Source: a virus
Taxonomy: Duplodnaviria; Caudoviricetes
DNA: 37,000 nt
IMG/VR virus record: IMGVR_UViG_3300016469_000261
Span: 1-37,000 of that record
Direction: 5' to 3' (one strand)
Each line of letters starts with the position of its first letter. The stretch's first letter is position 1. This document shows positions 25,871-36,039 of this stretch, piece after piece. The position numbers and the translations under genes were made by a program. The notes below the pieces were generated by a model. That model did not search any database. It worked only from the letters and a program-made list of their open reading frames with translations, and was not told where the DNA came from.

Positions 25871-26802
25871 CTCTCACAGTCGATAGGTTTTTGTCTGGTG
25901 TAAAGCGCCGGATAACCATGCCTAGCAACCAAGTGCTGCTAAAAGACGACGCCATACTTGAGATGGCCGACGATTGCTTGCGTGATCAGGTAGTGCCTTT
26001 GATTTTATCTGTAAATCAAAACTACTTTGTAGCGCTTGACTCTGAAGTTGTCGTTGCAGAGCAGGGAGCCTACGAGATCCCAGAGAGATCAATGGGCAGA
26101 GGGTTGCGTGACTTGAAAATTCAGATCACAGGCGATCCAACTAGCACCAAAGACCTTAGCCTATATGCTTTGGAAGACGTGCATTTATACGCACAAACAG
26201 GCTCGCCAACTGGATTCTATTTTTTTGGTGACCAGATCATTGTAGTTCCTGCTCCAGTGTCGGCGTCCTACACGCTGCTAAAGTATTACAATATGCAGGT
26301 GTCTTCATTAAAGCCAACAACTAACGCAGCCAAGGTTATTAGTGTATCTGCTGATCAAGTTGTCTGTGCAAGCGCTGGAAGCGGTCTTGCTACTGGCTCA
26401 AAAATCGACTTTGTGAAGGGAACCGGAGCCGGGAGGATTTTATCAAAGGACATCACGATAAGTTCTTTAACTGGCGTGACCTTCGACTTCCCAACCGATA
26501 GCGTACCAGACGGCTTGGCTGCTGGTGACTACATTGCCTTAGCAAAGACAACGCCAGTATTGCAGATACCTGACGAGGTTCATCCATTGCTTGAGGCTTT
26601 GACTTGCGAAAGATGTCTTGAAGCTATTGGAGACATCGAAGGCGCTCAAAAAATCAACGCTAAAGTTGCAGAGTACACAAAAAACGCAGCCAAGGTTATG
26701 TCGCCTCGCGTTGAAGGCGAAACCACTAAAATCAACAACAGAAATGGACTGCTAAGAGGCAGAAGGCCAAGTTATTGGCGTACTCGTGGCGGGTTCTTTT
26801 AA
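25867..26802 (+). CDS. Putative head-tail adaptor (podoviral gp11/gp4-like)
   Basis: Helix-beta-helix layout (VKRRI.MP ... Y.IP.R ... QIPDE.HP.L); directly upstream of the nozzle-like gene. Confidence 0.6.
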   Translation: MTLTVDRFLSGVKRRITMPSNQVLLKDDAILEMADDCLRDQVVPLILSVNQNYFVALDSEVVVAEQGAYEIPERSMGRGLRDLKIQITGDPTSTKDLSLYALEDVHLYAQTGSPTGFYFFGDQIIVVPAPVSASYTLLKYYNMQVSSLKPTTNAAKVISVSADQVVCASAGSGLATGSKIDFVKGTGAGRILSKDITISSLTGVTFDFPTDSVPDGLAAGDYIALAKTTPVLQIPDEVHPLLEALTCERCLEAIGDIEGAQKINAKVAEYTKNAAKVMSPRVEGETTKINNRNGLLRGRRPSYWRTRGGFF

Positions 26803-26814
26803 GGTAGGGATCAG

Positions 26815-29800
26815 ATGCCGTATCAGTATCCCGAAATTCGGAAGTTTCTAGGGCTTTTTGCACAGCAAAACAGCTTTGATATGCCAGATGGCGCTATGGA
26901 ACGCGCCATGAATATCGTAATTAATGACGATAACGTAGTGACGAAGCTTCGCGGGTTCTATCAATATTTTTCGCCGGGTTCTGGGACCATCAAAGCGCTA
27001 ACAACTTATCAAAACAGATTGATAAGCGTTTATGCGGATAAAATCGCCTACTATACCGATACTGGTCTATCTCCAAACGAAATAGGCACAGAAACAGCTT
27101 TGACTGGTTCGGCTGTAGCTGTAACTGGCTCCAGGGTTCCACAGTTTGCTGAGAGTAACGGCAATCTTTTCTTCACCACTGACTCAGGTGTCAAGGTTAT
27201 TGACGCATACAACGGCAAAGTGTTTGACGCTGGTGCTCCTGCTGGTCTTGATATTAACGGAAACTTTCTGGCGCTAACTGGGCCGATCACGGGAAACAGT
27301 TCTGTCGCCTATCGGTGTCTTTTTGGTCGAAGAGACGCCAACGGCAATTTAATTGTCGGCGCTCCAAGTGACATCTTGGTCCTCGCAAACAGGAAAATAT
27401 CAGCGACTTATACAAGTTCTGGCGCTGGTCCTTGGACTGTTACTGTCACCACACCATCAGCTCATAACCTAAGCACTGGTATGCAGGTAGTTGCTTCTGG
27501 AGCGGTGGACGCTGACGCAAACGGCACCTTTGTTGTAACAGTTACCACAGACGTGGCGTTTACATACACGGTCAGCTCTGGCGATCCATTATCAGGCTCT
27601 ATAGACATTGCAGCAGCAAGAGCCACGTTGCTTGAGTTTAGCGTACCAGAGGGAATAAGCTCTGGTGACGGCTGGTTCTACCAGCTTTATAGGTCAAGTA
27701 TCACGGCTTCTGCTTCTACTTCTCCAAGCGCTGACTTTAGGCTACTTGACGAAAAGCAGCTAACTGCTGGAGAGATTACTGCTGGCGTTGTGTCATATCA
27801 GGACACAGTAGACGATTTTCTTGTTAGCTTTGCTACTGAGCTTTACACCAATCCCAACAGCAGGGAAGGTGAGTCACAAGCTAATTTTCAGCCACCGTTA
27901 TGTGAAGACATATGTTTTTTCAACAATTTCATGTTCTTTCTGAACTGCGAATCAAGGCACTACTTAAGCCTAGATTTAGAGACGGTCACAACAATTGTTG
28001 CTAATGACTGGATCGAGCTACAGACCTACAACACCGTGACATCAACGGCGGTAAGCACTTTAAAGCTAGTTGCTAAGAGTGGAATCGGTAACGATACTAC
28101 TAAGGCGAGCGCTGCTAATGCTGCTGGTGACATCGAGTTTACAATTGCTTCTCACGGTATGTCTAACGGCTGGCAGATTTATATAGACGGGATCAGTGGC
28201 GGCACTTTGGCTTCTGGAACCTATTATGTGGTGTCTGCTGGAGCCAATACTTTCAAAATAAGCCTGACCAGCGGTGGCAGCGCTATCACCTATAACTCTG
28301 AGACATCAGCCTATGTGCAAGCTGTCACAGACGGCACAGACCGAGTGTTTAAGCTTGGAAGCGGTTCTTCTGCTTCTCAAAACATTCAAACAACTGCTTT
28401 GGGTATCGTAAAAGCGATCAACAGAGCAGCAGCCTTTAACGTAGCGGCAAACTATGCCAGCTCAATCAACGACGTTCCAGGCAAGATGCGGTTAACGTCT
28501 TTGACGTTTAAGCACCAGATCCGGGTTAGAGCAAGTAGCGCAACCGTTGGATCTAGCTTTTTTCCGGTAGTAGGCACATCCTTTTCAGCAACAGATGCCG
28601 TAAAAAGCAGTTCGGATGTGGAGCCTAACGCCGTTTATACGTCAAAGATTGGTGAGCCATGGGCTGCACCTTTGCTCAACAAGTTCGCTGCTGGAAGTAA
28701 AAACCAGGGCATATTTAGAGGGTTGGCGCTACGCAATAGCGTGCTGATCCTTAAGCCTGACGGGGTGTTTAAGCTTGCAGGGGACACGCCTACCAATTTC
28801 TCAATCGTGTTGATTGATAACACGGTCAAGATTGTTTCTAAAAAGTCAGCTCAAGCGACAGCAAACCAAGTCTATTTTTTAAGTTCGGAAGGTGTTTGCG
28901 CTGCAACCGATAGTTCTGTGGAGATCCTATCGAGAAGGATAGAGAACAGGCTAGAAAACATCGTCGGATTAGACAACATAGACGAGCAAACTGCTGCTGT
29001 TGCATACGATACAGATAGAACATACAGAATCTGCACGATAGCTCCGAACGAGACTACTGCAACTGCTGTTTATTTGCACAACAGCATTAACGACACCTGG
29101 ACAGAAAGCGATATCCTTTTTACTGGCGGCACAGTCGGACCAGGAAACTTGCTGTTTCTAATTTCATCAAACAAGATTTTGAAAGAACGCAAGAAGCAAA
29201 ACCGCCTAGATTATTGTGGTCAGAACGTCGCAACAACGATTGTTTCTGTTGGAAGTGACAAGCTTTCGGCTGTCATTAGCATGACTGGTACTCCGATTGT
29301 TGGGGATCTGATTGAAAAATCTAATCAATTCTCTCGGATAATCGCAGTGGCAGCGAGTGGGGCAAACTGGGTCGTTACCTTCTCAGCTCCCACAAACCTT
29401 GTGGCTGCTGATACTCCCTATCTGTACCGAGGCTATGAAAGCCAATGGATCATGGCACCTTTCCATGCTGGTGCGGTTGGCAGAACAAAGCACTTTGCCC
29501 AGCTACAAATGCACACCAGAACGCCTAGCGTAACTAGAATCAAGGTTGATTTTATTGGCCAGACTTTTGGTGGCGACACCACAACAGAGTGGCGAACCAC
29601 TAACGTCGCACCATCGGAGGGTTGGGGTGAATCTCCTTGGGGGTTCTTTAATTGGGGGTTAGAGGATGGTATAAAAAACATATACAATACCACACCAGCT
29701 CCGGTAATTAGATTATACGTTCCACTATTCCAAGCGAGATCTACCTTCATTAAGGCGATCCTAACCCACCGAGAGGCAGGGGAAGCGATTGACGCACAAG

Positions 29801-29847
29801 CGTTAGCCTGGGCTATTCGAGGGTATAACGAGAGGGTGACCAAGTGA
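26815..29847 (+). CDS. Putative tail nozzle/stabilisation protein (gp12/gp10-like) with inserted beta modules
   Basis: 1010 aa; FLGL....N...PDGA..A.N start; propeller-like strands; NAVY.SK..EP; follows the adaptor. Confidence 0.7.
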   Translation: MPYQYPEIRKFLGLFAQQNSFDMPDGAMERAMNIVINDDNVVTKLRGFYQYFSPGSGTIKALTTYQNRLISVYADKIAYYTDTGLSPNEIGTETALTGSAVAVTGSRVPQFAESNGNLFFTTDSGVKVIDAYNGKVFDAGAPAGLDINGNFLALTGPITGNSSVAYRCLFGRRDANGNLIVGAPSDILVLANRKISATYTSSGAGPWTVTVTTPSAHNLSTGMQVVASGAVDADANGTFVVTVTTDVAFTYTVSSGDPLSGSIDIAAARATLLEFSVPEGISSGDGWFYQLYRSSITASASTSPSADFRLLDEKQLTAGEITAGVVSYQDTVDDFLVSFATELYTNPNSREGESQANFQPPLCEDICFFNNFMFFLNCESRHYLSLDLETVTTIVANDWIELQTYNTVTSTAVSTLKLVAKSGIGNDTTKASAANAAGDIEFTIASHGMSNGWQIYIDGISGGTLASGTYYVVSAGANTFKISLTSGGSAITYNSETSAYVQAVTDGTDRVFKLGSGSSASQNIQTTALGIVKAINRAAAFNVAANYASSINDVPGKMRLTSLTFKHQIRVRASSATVGSSFFPVVGTSFSATDAVKSSSDVEPNAVYTSKIGEPWAAPLLNKFAAGSKNQGIFRGLALRNSVLILKPDGVFKLAGDTPTNFSIVLIDNTVKIVSKKSAQATANQVYFLSSEGVCAATDSSVEILSRRIENRLENIVGLDNIDEQTAAVAYDTDRTYRICTIAPNETTATAVYLHNSINDTWTESDILFTGGTVGPGNLLFLISSNKILKERKKQNRLDYCGQNVATTIVSVGSDKLSAVISMTGTPIVGDLIEKSNQFSRIIAVAASGANWVVTFSAPTNLVAADTPYLYRGYESQWIMAPFHAGAVGRTKHFAQLQMHTRTPSVTRIKVDFIGQTFGGDTTTEWRTTNVAPSEGWGESPWGFFNWGLEDGIKNIYNTTPAPVIRLYVPLFQARSTFIKAILTHREAGEAIDAQALAWAIRGYNERVTK

Positions 29848-31826
29848 TCAAAAGCAAGAAGCAATATTTCATGACTTATGATGCCGAGGACTTGGTATCA
29901 GAGCTTCAACAATATGACATCAATTTCTATTCCATGAACAGCAATCCAGTTGCCAAGATGTGGATTAGAAACACCTACTCTTATTATTCAACCATTCTTG
30001 ATTCAGATAGCTGGACCAGTTCATTAAGTTTTGCGGGTGATCAGGGTGAGCTTGTACGCATGAGCGTGCCACAAGCTCGCTCTTTAATTCGCCAGCTTTT
30101 GACTTTGATCACCAAAAGCAAGCTGAGTTTTATGGCTCTTGCTCAAAAGTCTGGCAAAGACGTGACAGAGAGCAAAAAAATAGCCAACGCTCTTGCTAAT
30201 CAAGTTGTCAAAAACGAGAAAATGGACGTTAAAGTTGAGGATCTAGCTGAGCGTGGCTTAGTCCAGGGCACTAGCTTTCTATGCACACGCTGGCGAAGCG
30301 ACAAAGGCAGACCTATCATCGTCAGGGATATTGGCGAAGCTGGCGGTGAAGAGAAAAAACAAGTTCTGTATGAGGGAGATGCTGAGGTAAGTGTAGCGAG
30401 CGTTTTTGATGTTCTATATGACTACTCTATCACAGACTGGGACTTGCTTAATTGGGTCCGTGTTCGCGTTAAGCGCAACCGTTGGGACTTAATTGCACAA
30501 CATCCAGAGCTTGAAGAGAACATTATCAAGCTACCTAGTATCGCTAAGGATCTATCAGATACTGCTAGTGCTCAGTTCAGAAATGACGATTTTGTTTATG
30601 TGTATGAGCTTTGGCACAAGCCTACACCAAGCTTGCCACAAGGCCGTTTTGTGGCTTATGGCGACAAAAAGACAATATTTGCAGACGACATAAATAAGTT
30701 CGGCAAAATCCCAGTCGAGCAATTCAAGCCGGAGCCTATCGACGGTTATAATTATGGCTATCCGATGCTTTCAAACCTATTGCCAGCTCAAGAGATGCTT
30801 GATCATAGCTATAGCTGCATTGCAACGAACCAGTCAAACCTTGGTGTCCAAAACATAAGCGTGCCTAGGAACTCAGCAATCAACGTGCAGCAATTGTATG
30901 GCATGAATTTCTTTGAATACACGCCTCAAACGGAAAGCGGCGGCGGAGAGCCTAAAACGCTGGATCTCTTAAAATCAGCTCCAGAGCTTTTCAAGCTACC
31001 TGAGACTATGCTTGGAGCAATGCAGCAAATGAGCTTTGTGAATGCTGCTGTGCGTGGTGAACTTCCCGCAAGTACGTCAGGGGTTGCGATTGCAACCTTA
31101 ACGACCAACGCGCTAGAGTTTTTGAACTCCTATACCAAGTCTTTGCAAACTGTTTTGCAAAACACCATGCTCAATGTAAATCTTGCCTATCAAAAGTACG
31201 CCACAACAGAGCGCATGGTCACGCTCCTTGGCAAGAATCAGCAAAACGCGATCAAAACATTTAAGTCTGATGTTCTTGCTCCGATAACTGGTTATCAAAT
31301 GGAATCTGTAAACCCGTTGATGCAAACCATGGCAGGACGCCTAGATATTTCTGAAAAACTAATTCAACAAGGGCTAGTGACGAACGTACAAGGCTATGTC
31401 TCGGTGCTCGATGGTCAGCCTATGACGCAATTGTTCCAGACAGAGTTATCAGAAAACGATCTGATTGAAACAGAAAATCAGAAGATGGAAGACGGCGAAG
31501 AGGTTCTAGCTTTATCGACTGATTTGCATCCATTGCACATCAGGTCACATAAGTCTCTGCTTAACGATCCAGACATTAGAGCAGACGCTGAAAGAACAGC
31601 CATGATTTTGGCTCACATCGAACAGCACAATCAACTGGCTAAAAACACTGATCCGATGCTGCAAGCTATGGCTGCAACTGGTCAGATGCCACAGATGCCA
31701 CAGCCTCCAGGACCACAACAGGGCGGAGAAGCTCCGCAAGAGGGAGCACCTGGGATCATGGGCGGAGAACTTGAAAACGCGCAACCAACGATGGAAGGCG
31801 CTGAAGACCTTCTAGGGAGGGCATAA
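29844..31826 (+). CDS. Portal protein
   Basis: 660 aa; YGY....LLP.QE..D motif, RGE.P...SGVAI tunnel-loop motif, H..HI..H C-terminal motif and Q/P/M-rich tail typical of podoviral portals. Confidence 0.82.
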   Translation: MIKSKKQYFMTYDAEDLVSELQQYDINFYSMNSNPVAKMWIRNTYSYYSTILDSDSWTSSLSFAGDQGELVRMSVPQARSLIRQLLTLITKSKLSFMALAQKSGKDVTESKKIANALANQVVKNEKMDVKVEDLAERGLVQGTSFLCTRWRSDKGRPIIVRDIGEAGGEEKKQVLYEGDAEVSVASVFDVLYDYSITDWDLLNWVRVRVKRNRWDLIAQHPELEENIIKLPSIAKDLSDTASAQFRNDDFVYVYELWHKPTPSLPQGRFVAYGDKKTIFADDINKFGKIPVEQFKPEPIDGYNYGYPMLSNLLPAQEMLDHSYSCIATNQSNLGVQNISVPRNSAINVQQLYGMNFFEYTPQTESGGGEPKTLDLLKSAPELFKLPETMLGAMQQMSFVNAAVRGELPASTSGVAIATLTTNALEFLNSYTKSLQTVLQNTMLNVNLAYQKYATTERMVTLLGKNQQNAIKTFKSDVLAPITGYQMESVNPLMQTMAGRLDISEKLIQQGLVTNVQGYVSVLDGQPMTQLFQTELSENDLIETENQKMEDGEEVLALSTDLHPLHIRSHKSLLNDPDIRADAERTAMILAHIEQHNQLAKNTDPMLQAMAATGQMPQMPQPPGPQQGGEAPQEGAPGIMGGELENAQPTMEGAEDLLGRA

Positions 31827-31829
31827 GCA

Positions 31830-33644
31830 ATGGCATACGCTTTTGATAAAGTCCAAAAGCTACTGGAGCCAAACCAAGGCTTTGCTCTTGCTGGAGATAA
31901 TCAAGGCCAGCAAGCACCTTCTGCTGGTCTTACTTCTAATGTTTCAGGGCAAGATCCACAAGCTGGCACGAGCACAGGATCTCCTGCTCCAGCTCCAAAC
32001 TACAATCAACCAAGCACCTCCGCTGCTTCGCGAGGCGTTTTAAGTAAAAACAGAGGCCAAGTTAAGACGCCGATAGATCTCGGTGGGCTGCAAACAAACA
32101 TCAACGAGGCAGAGAAAAATCTAAAAGCAGAGGCTAACAAATATACGGCAAGCGCTGCTGATCCTTATAAAAACTGGTTAGTTGATCAGCAAGAAGGATC
32201 AGCCACAACTGGTGTGGCAAAGAGTCCAAGGCTGGAATCTGATGTAAAAAAATACATCGACACCGGAATGAAGGGATTTACTCAAGAAGCAGATCCTTTT
32301 AAGGCGAGCACATCCTATGAAGGCAACCTTAATAAGCCAAACCAGCCAAAAGATTGGTATGAGCTTGCAATGTCTGCTCCTTTAGAGCCTGAGCCGTTCA
32401 AGCCAACAACCGTCACAGATTTTAAGGGTGTATCAGAGCTGATGTCTGGCGCTGGTGGCCTTAGAAACTTATTTCAATCTAGCGGTGGCGCTCGTTACAC
32501 GCCGGGTATGGCAGCTATGGATACCTCGCTGCTTTTGCAGTCTCCTGGTTTTGCTACTGACGCCGAAAATATCGTCAAGTCTGTTGGTGGTCTAAAAAAC
32601 AAGGAAGCAGAAATTTTAGACAACGCTCCAAAGGCTGCGAGAAACGTGTCCAAAAACTACCGCGATTTATTGCGTGGAGAAATCGAGGATATCGCCAGGA
32701 GTGAAGAGGCAAGGTTGCAAGGCGTCCAGGAAGAGGAAGTTAAGTCACCTAGAAAGTTTACCAACTTCGCTAAGCAAGCTGACGTGATCAAAAACAATCT
32801 TATTTCTGAAAACCCACAATGGGCAGGCTTTATTAATTCTATCGGAGACGAGGGATTAAAAGACTTGATCATAGCCGCTACCAAGCCCGGAAACATAGGA
32901 TCTCTTAGGTGGGAAGACTACATAGACGAGGACGAGGCACGCGATTTTAACCGTATCCAGGAGCTTTTGGGTAGCGGCAAAACATTCGTCAAAGGAAACA
33001 GAAACTTTAAAGACACCGAGCTTGATTGGGAGAAGCTTCGCGGAGCTTTACAAGCCGGATCTGAAAAATATCAAAATCCGACTGTTGTGGACAATTTACC
33101 ACCACCACCGGGAGGATCTCCAACAACGGCTGGCATCCCAGCAACTGTTGGAAGGACTGCCTCTGGTGACAGCGTAACCAATTGGGTGATTGATACTCCT
33201 CTTGGTCCTGTTACCGTTAAACCACCGTTTCAGCCACCAAGCTCCAAAGATGCCGAGCAACTTGTTAAAGATGCTTTAGTGCCAGCGGTTCCTTTGAGCC
33301 GGGAGCTGTCTCGTGATCTTTCTATTCCGAGCGAAACCACTGCTGGCAAGGTAGTCAGCGGGATAGAAGGCATGTTTAGCGGTCCTGGTGGCGCTGGTCC
33401 TGGCGGCACTGTTGCTAGTGCTCCTGCTGTGTCTTTCCCTAGCGTCCAAAGTATGCTGGGTGGCGGCAAGAGCAGCACCTATGAAGGTAAGATAGATCCG
33501 AGCATGATTGCTGGCGGATACATCAATCCCACAGCAGCAGCTAATGCTCCGATGACTGGTCCCTTGTATGTGGAAGAAAAACCTAAGCAGTCTTCTTGGT
33601 CTAAGTTTATGTCTGTGCCTAAAATCAAGTTACCAAAAAAGTAG
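31830..33644 (+). CDS. Putative internal virion/ejection protein (604 aa)
   Basis: Low-complexity N- and C-termini, helical core; positional. Confidence 0.5.
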   Translation: MAYAFDKVQKLLEPNQGFALAGDNQGQQAPSAGLTSNVSGQDPQAGTSTGSPAPAPNYNQPSTSAASRGVLSKNRGQVKTPIDLGGLQTNINEAEKNLKAEANKYTASAADPYKNWLVDQQEGSATTGVAKSPRLESDVKKYIDTGMKGFTQEADPFKASTSYEGNLNKPNQPKDWYELAMSAPLEPEPFKPTTVTDFKGVSELMSGAGGLRNLFQSSGGARYTPGMAAMDTSLLLQSPGFATDAENIVKSVGGLKNKEAEILDNAPKAARNVSKNYRDLLRGEIEDIARSEEARLQGVQEEEVKSPRKFTNFAKQADVIKNNLISENPQWAGFINSIGDEGLKDLIIAATKPGNIGSLRWEDYIDEDEARDFNRIQELLGSGKTFVKGNRNFKDTELDWEKLRGALQAGSEKYQNPTVVDNLPPPPGGSPTTAGIPATVGRTASGDSVTNWVIDTPLGPVTVKPPFQPPSSKDAEQLVKDALVPAVPLSRELSRDLSIPSETTAGKVVSGIEGMFSGPGGAGPGGTVASAPAVSFPSVQSMLGGGKSSTYEGKIDPSMIAGGYINPTAAANAPMTGPLYVEEKPKQSSWSKFMSVPKIKLPKK

Positions 33645-33651
33645 GTGATCA

Positions 33652-34857
33652 ATGGTATTACCAGCTTATTTAGCAGTTGCGGTTGGCGCTCAAGCGGTGA
33701 GCGGCATTATGCAATACTATCAGGCAGAGAAGGCACGAGGAGCAAACGCTAAAAGGCTTCGAGAAATCGAAGCTATGTTTGCTAAAATCGTTCCACCAGA
33801 GCTTGATATCTCAATCTATGATGATCCTCGGATTGCCGAAAGCATTCCAGAGCCTCTACTAGACTTCTCAGCGATAACACCAAAAGAGTTTAAATCTGTT
33901 GGGCAGTTTGTCCCAGAGGTTGCAAGCTATGTTGCAGAAACCAACCCGCAACTTGTTGAAGCTACAGCAGCAGCGACAAAGGGCAGGGAAACTCAACTTG
34001 AAGCCTTAAGCAGATATCGTGAGATAGCTTCACAGGGCGGCATGGACCCCATGCTTGCCTCTAAGCTTGCTATCGCAAGCGATAAAGCCAGGGCAGATGC
34101 TGCAAGCTCTCAGCAAGCTATTTTACAGGATGCACAACGGCGCGGCATGTTTGGTTCTGGCTTGCAGATGCAAAGTCAAATGAACCGAACAGCGGAGGAC
34201 ATGAGACGGCAAGCTATTGAAAGTCAGATGGCTGCTGCTGAAGCCTATCGTAATCAAATGGATGCGATGGCAAGAGGCGCAGCGCTGGGCGGTGACATTC
34301 GAGGCTCCGAGATGTCAGAGCAGGCACGCAACGCCGATATAATCAACGCTTTCAACGAGCGCACATCACGGCGATATCAAGATTACCTACAGGCACGAGC
34401 TGACATGACAAACAGAGCCAATCTTAGAAACCTGGACGAGCAGCAAAGAATTGCTGACCAGAACGTAGCGCTTTCAAATGAAGCGGAGCGTTATAACCGC
34501 AACATGAGAAACCAAGGCGCTATGCAGCAGTGGCAAAACAAGCGCACTTCTCGTCAAGATTTGCTCGATATTGATCGCGCTAAAAAAGCCGATATTCAAC
34601 AAAACTGGGCTAACAAAATGGCTCACGCCGGAGCTATGAAAGGCATTAGCCAAGACTGGCAACAGCACAATTATCAAACGGCACAAGATCGAAACCAAGC
34701 TACAAGGGGGATCGGTGACGCTGTAACCGCTGGCGCTATGTGGTATGGCAAACAGCCACAGCAACCAGAACAACCGGATGAGCAACCAGGACAAGCTGGT
34801 CCTGAGAATCCTTGGGGCAATGTTTGGCAACGCCGTCCAGATAACCAGAGGTGGTAA
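33652..34857 (+). CDS. Putative ejection/pilot protein (401 aa)
   Basis: Hydrophobic Ala/Gly N-terminus, RRGMFGSG motif, Q/N/A/R-rich coiled coil. Confidence 0.6.
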   Translation: MVLPAYLAVAVGAQAVSGIMQYYQAEKARGANAKRLREIEAMFAKIVPPELDISIYDDPRIAESIPEPLLDFSAITPKEFKSVGQFVPEVASYVAETNPQLVEATAAATKGRETQLEALSRYREIASQGGMDPMLASKLAIASDKARADAASSQQAILQDAQRRGMFGSGLQMQSQMNRTAEDMRRQAIESQMAAAEAYRNQMDAMARGAALGGDIRGSEMSEQARNADIINAFNERTSRRYQDYLQARADMTNRANLRNLDEQQRIADQNVALSNEAERYNRNMRNQGAMQQWQNKRTSRQDLLDIDRAKKADIQQNWANKMAHAGAMKGISQDWQQHNYQTAQDRNQATRGIGDAVTAGAMWYGKQPQQPEQPDEQPGQAGPENPWGNVWQRRPDNQRW

Positions 34858-36039
34858 ATGGCAGAACAATACCTAGACGAAAATCAGCAAGAAGAGCTTA
34901 AACAAGGTCTATACGCCTATTTGCGTGACAAGGCTGCAAGACGAGCAAAAACTGGGAACAGCAGAACATTCGAGGGGATGGAAAAGCAATTCCAGGACCA
35001 AGAAAAACTTTACGATGCTGGCGCTTTAGTCGGTGGTCTATCCGAGGCAGCTAGTATGGTTGGCTCTGTTGGCGGCAAAAGAGCTGAATCAAACATTATC
35101 CCAGCATTAAACAAATCGCTTTACGATTCTAGGCAGAATCTTTTTAAGAACAACGCAGCAATGCGTGACATGGAAGAAAGAAGCCTTCAGACAGATATGG
35201 ATATCGCTAGATATTTGACTGGTCTTGATGCTCAAAAGTCTGTTTTGGACACAGCAGAGCTGCAACGTGAAAAGCTTCGCCAGGACTTGAGAAGAAGAAA
35301 ACTAGAGCCAAGACTTAGATCAAAATCAGGGCTACCTGTCATGGTCGATGAGATTGGCACACCTTCTGAACTTCCTGGTTATGCTTACAACGAAAAATCT
35401 ATGAGCCAACAGCAATCTAATTGGCAGCCTTATCCAGGCGTTGTCGGTGTTGACCCAAGTGTTGTTTATGAAAAAGATCAGTTTGGCAACACCAGGACCA
35501 GACAGCTACCGAAAGGGTTCCAAACACCAAACCAACTAACAGAGGCGCAAAATAAAAACTATGTTTGGGGGAACAGAGCGCTGGAAGCTGTTGGAAAGCT
35601 AGAGGATCTTGAAAAGGATTATAAGGTTGGCTGGAAGCGCCACATAGCTGGATCACAAGTTGCTCAAGCTTTGACTGGCAATCTTATGAAAGATGAAACT
35701 CAACAACAGCACGATATTTTAAGCGCCAACGTAATTGATCCTATTTTGCGAACTGACACGGGCGCTGCTATGGGCAGGGAAGAGGTTTTGCGTAACCTTA
35801 TGCAGTACCAAGTTGTTATGGGTGACTCTGACGAAAACGTCAGATTGAAGCAACTTGGAAGGCGAAACTTTATTAAATCCATTATTGAGGGAGCTGGTGT
35901 TCGTGGTAGCGCGGAATTAAGAGAAAAATACCAGCAGTTACCACCGTTAGATGAAAAAAATTACCCTGGATCTGGATCAGTTGAAGCAAAAATAAAACGC
36001 CGTCAAGAATTGCTAAAGAAGCAGCAGGAGGGCAAATAA
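34858..36039 (+). CDS. Putative ejection protein (393 aa)
   Basis: Helical; LR..TGAA....E motif near the C-terminus; positional. Confidence 0.55.
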   Translation: MAEQYLDENQQEELKQGLYAYLRDKAARRAKTGNSRTFEGMEKQFQDQEKLYDAGALVGGLSEAASMVGSVGGKRAESNIIPALNKSLYDSRQNLFKNNAAMRDMEERSLQTDMDIARYLTGLDAQKSVLDTAELQREKLRQDLRRRKLEPRLRSKSGLPVMVDEIGTPSELPGYAYNEKSMSQQQSNWQPYPGVVGVDPSVVYEKDQFGNTRTRQLPKGFQTPNQLTEAQNKNYVWGNRALEAVGKLEDLEKDYKVGWKRHIAGSQVAQALTGNLMKDETQQQHDILSANVIDPILRTDTGAAMGREEVLRNLMQYQVVMGDSDENVRLKQLGRRNFIKSIIEGAGVRGSAELREKYQQLPPLDEKNYPGSGSVEAKIKRRQELLKKQQEGK

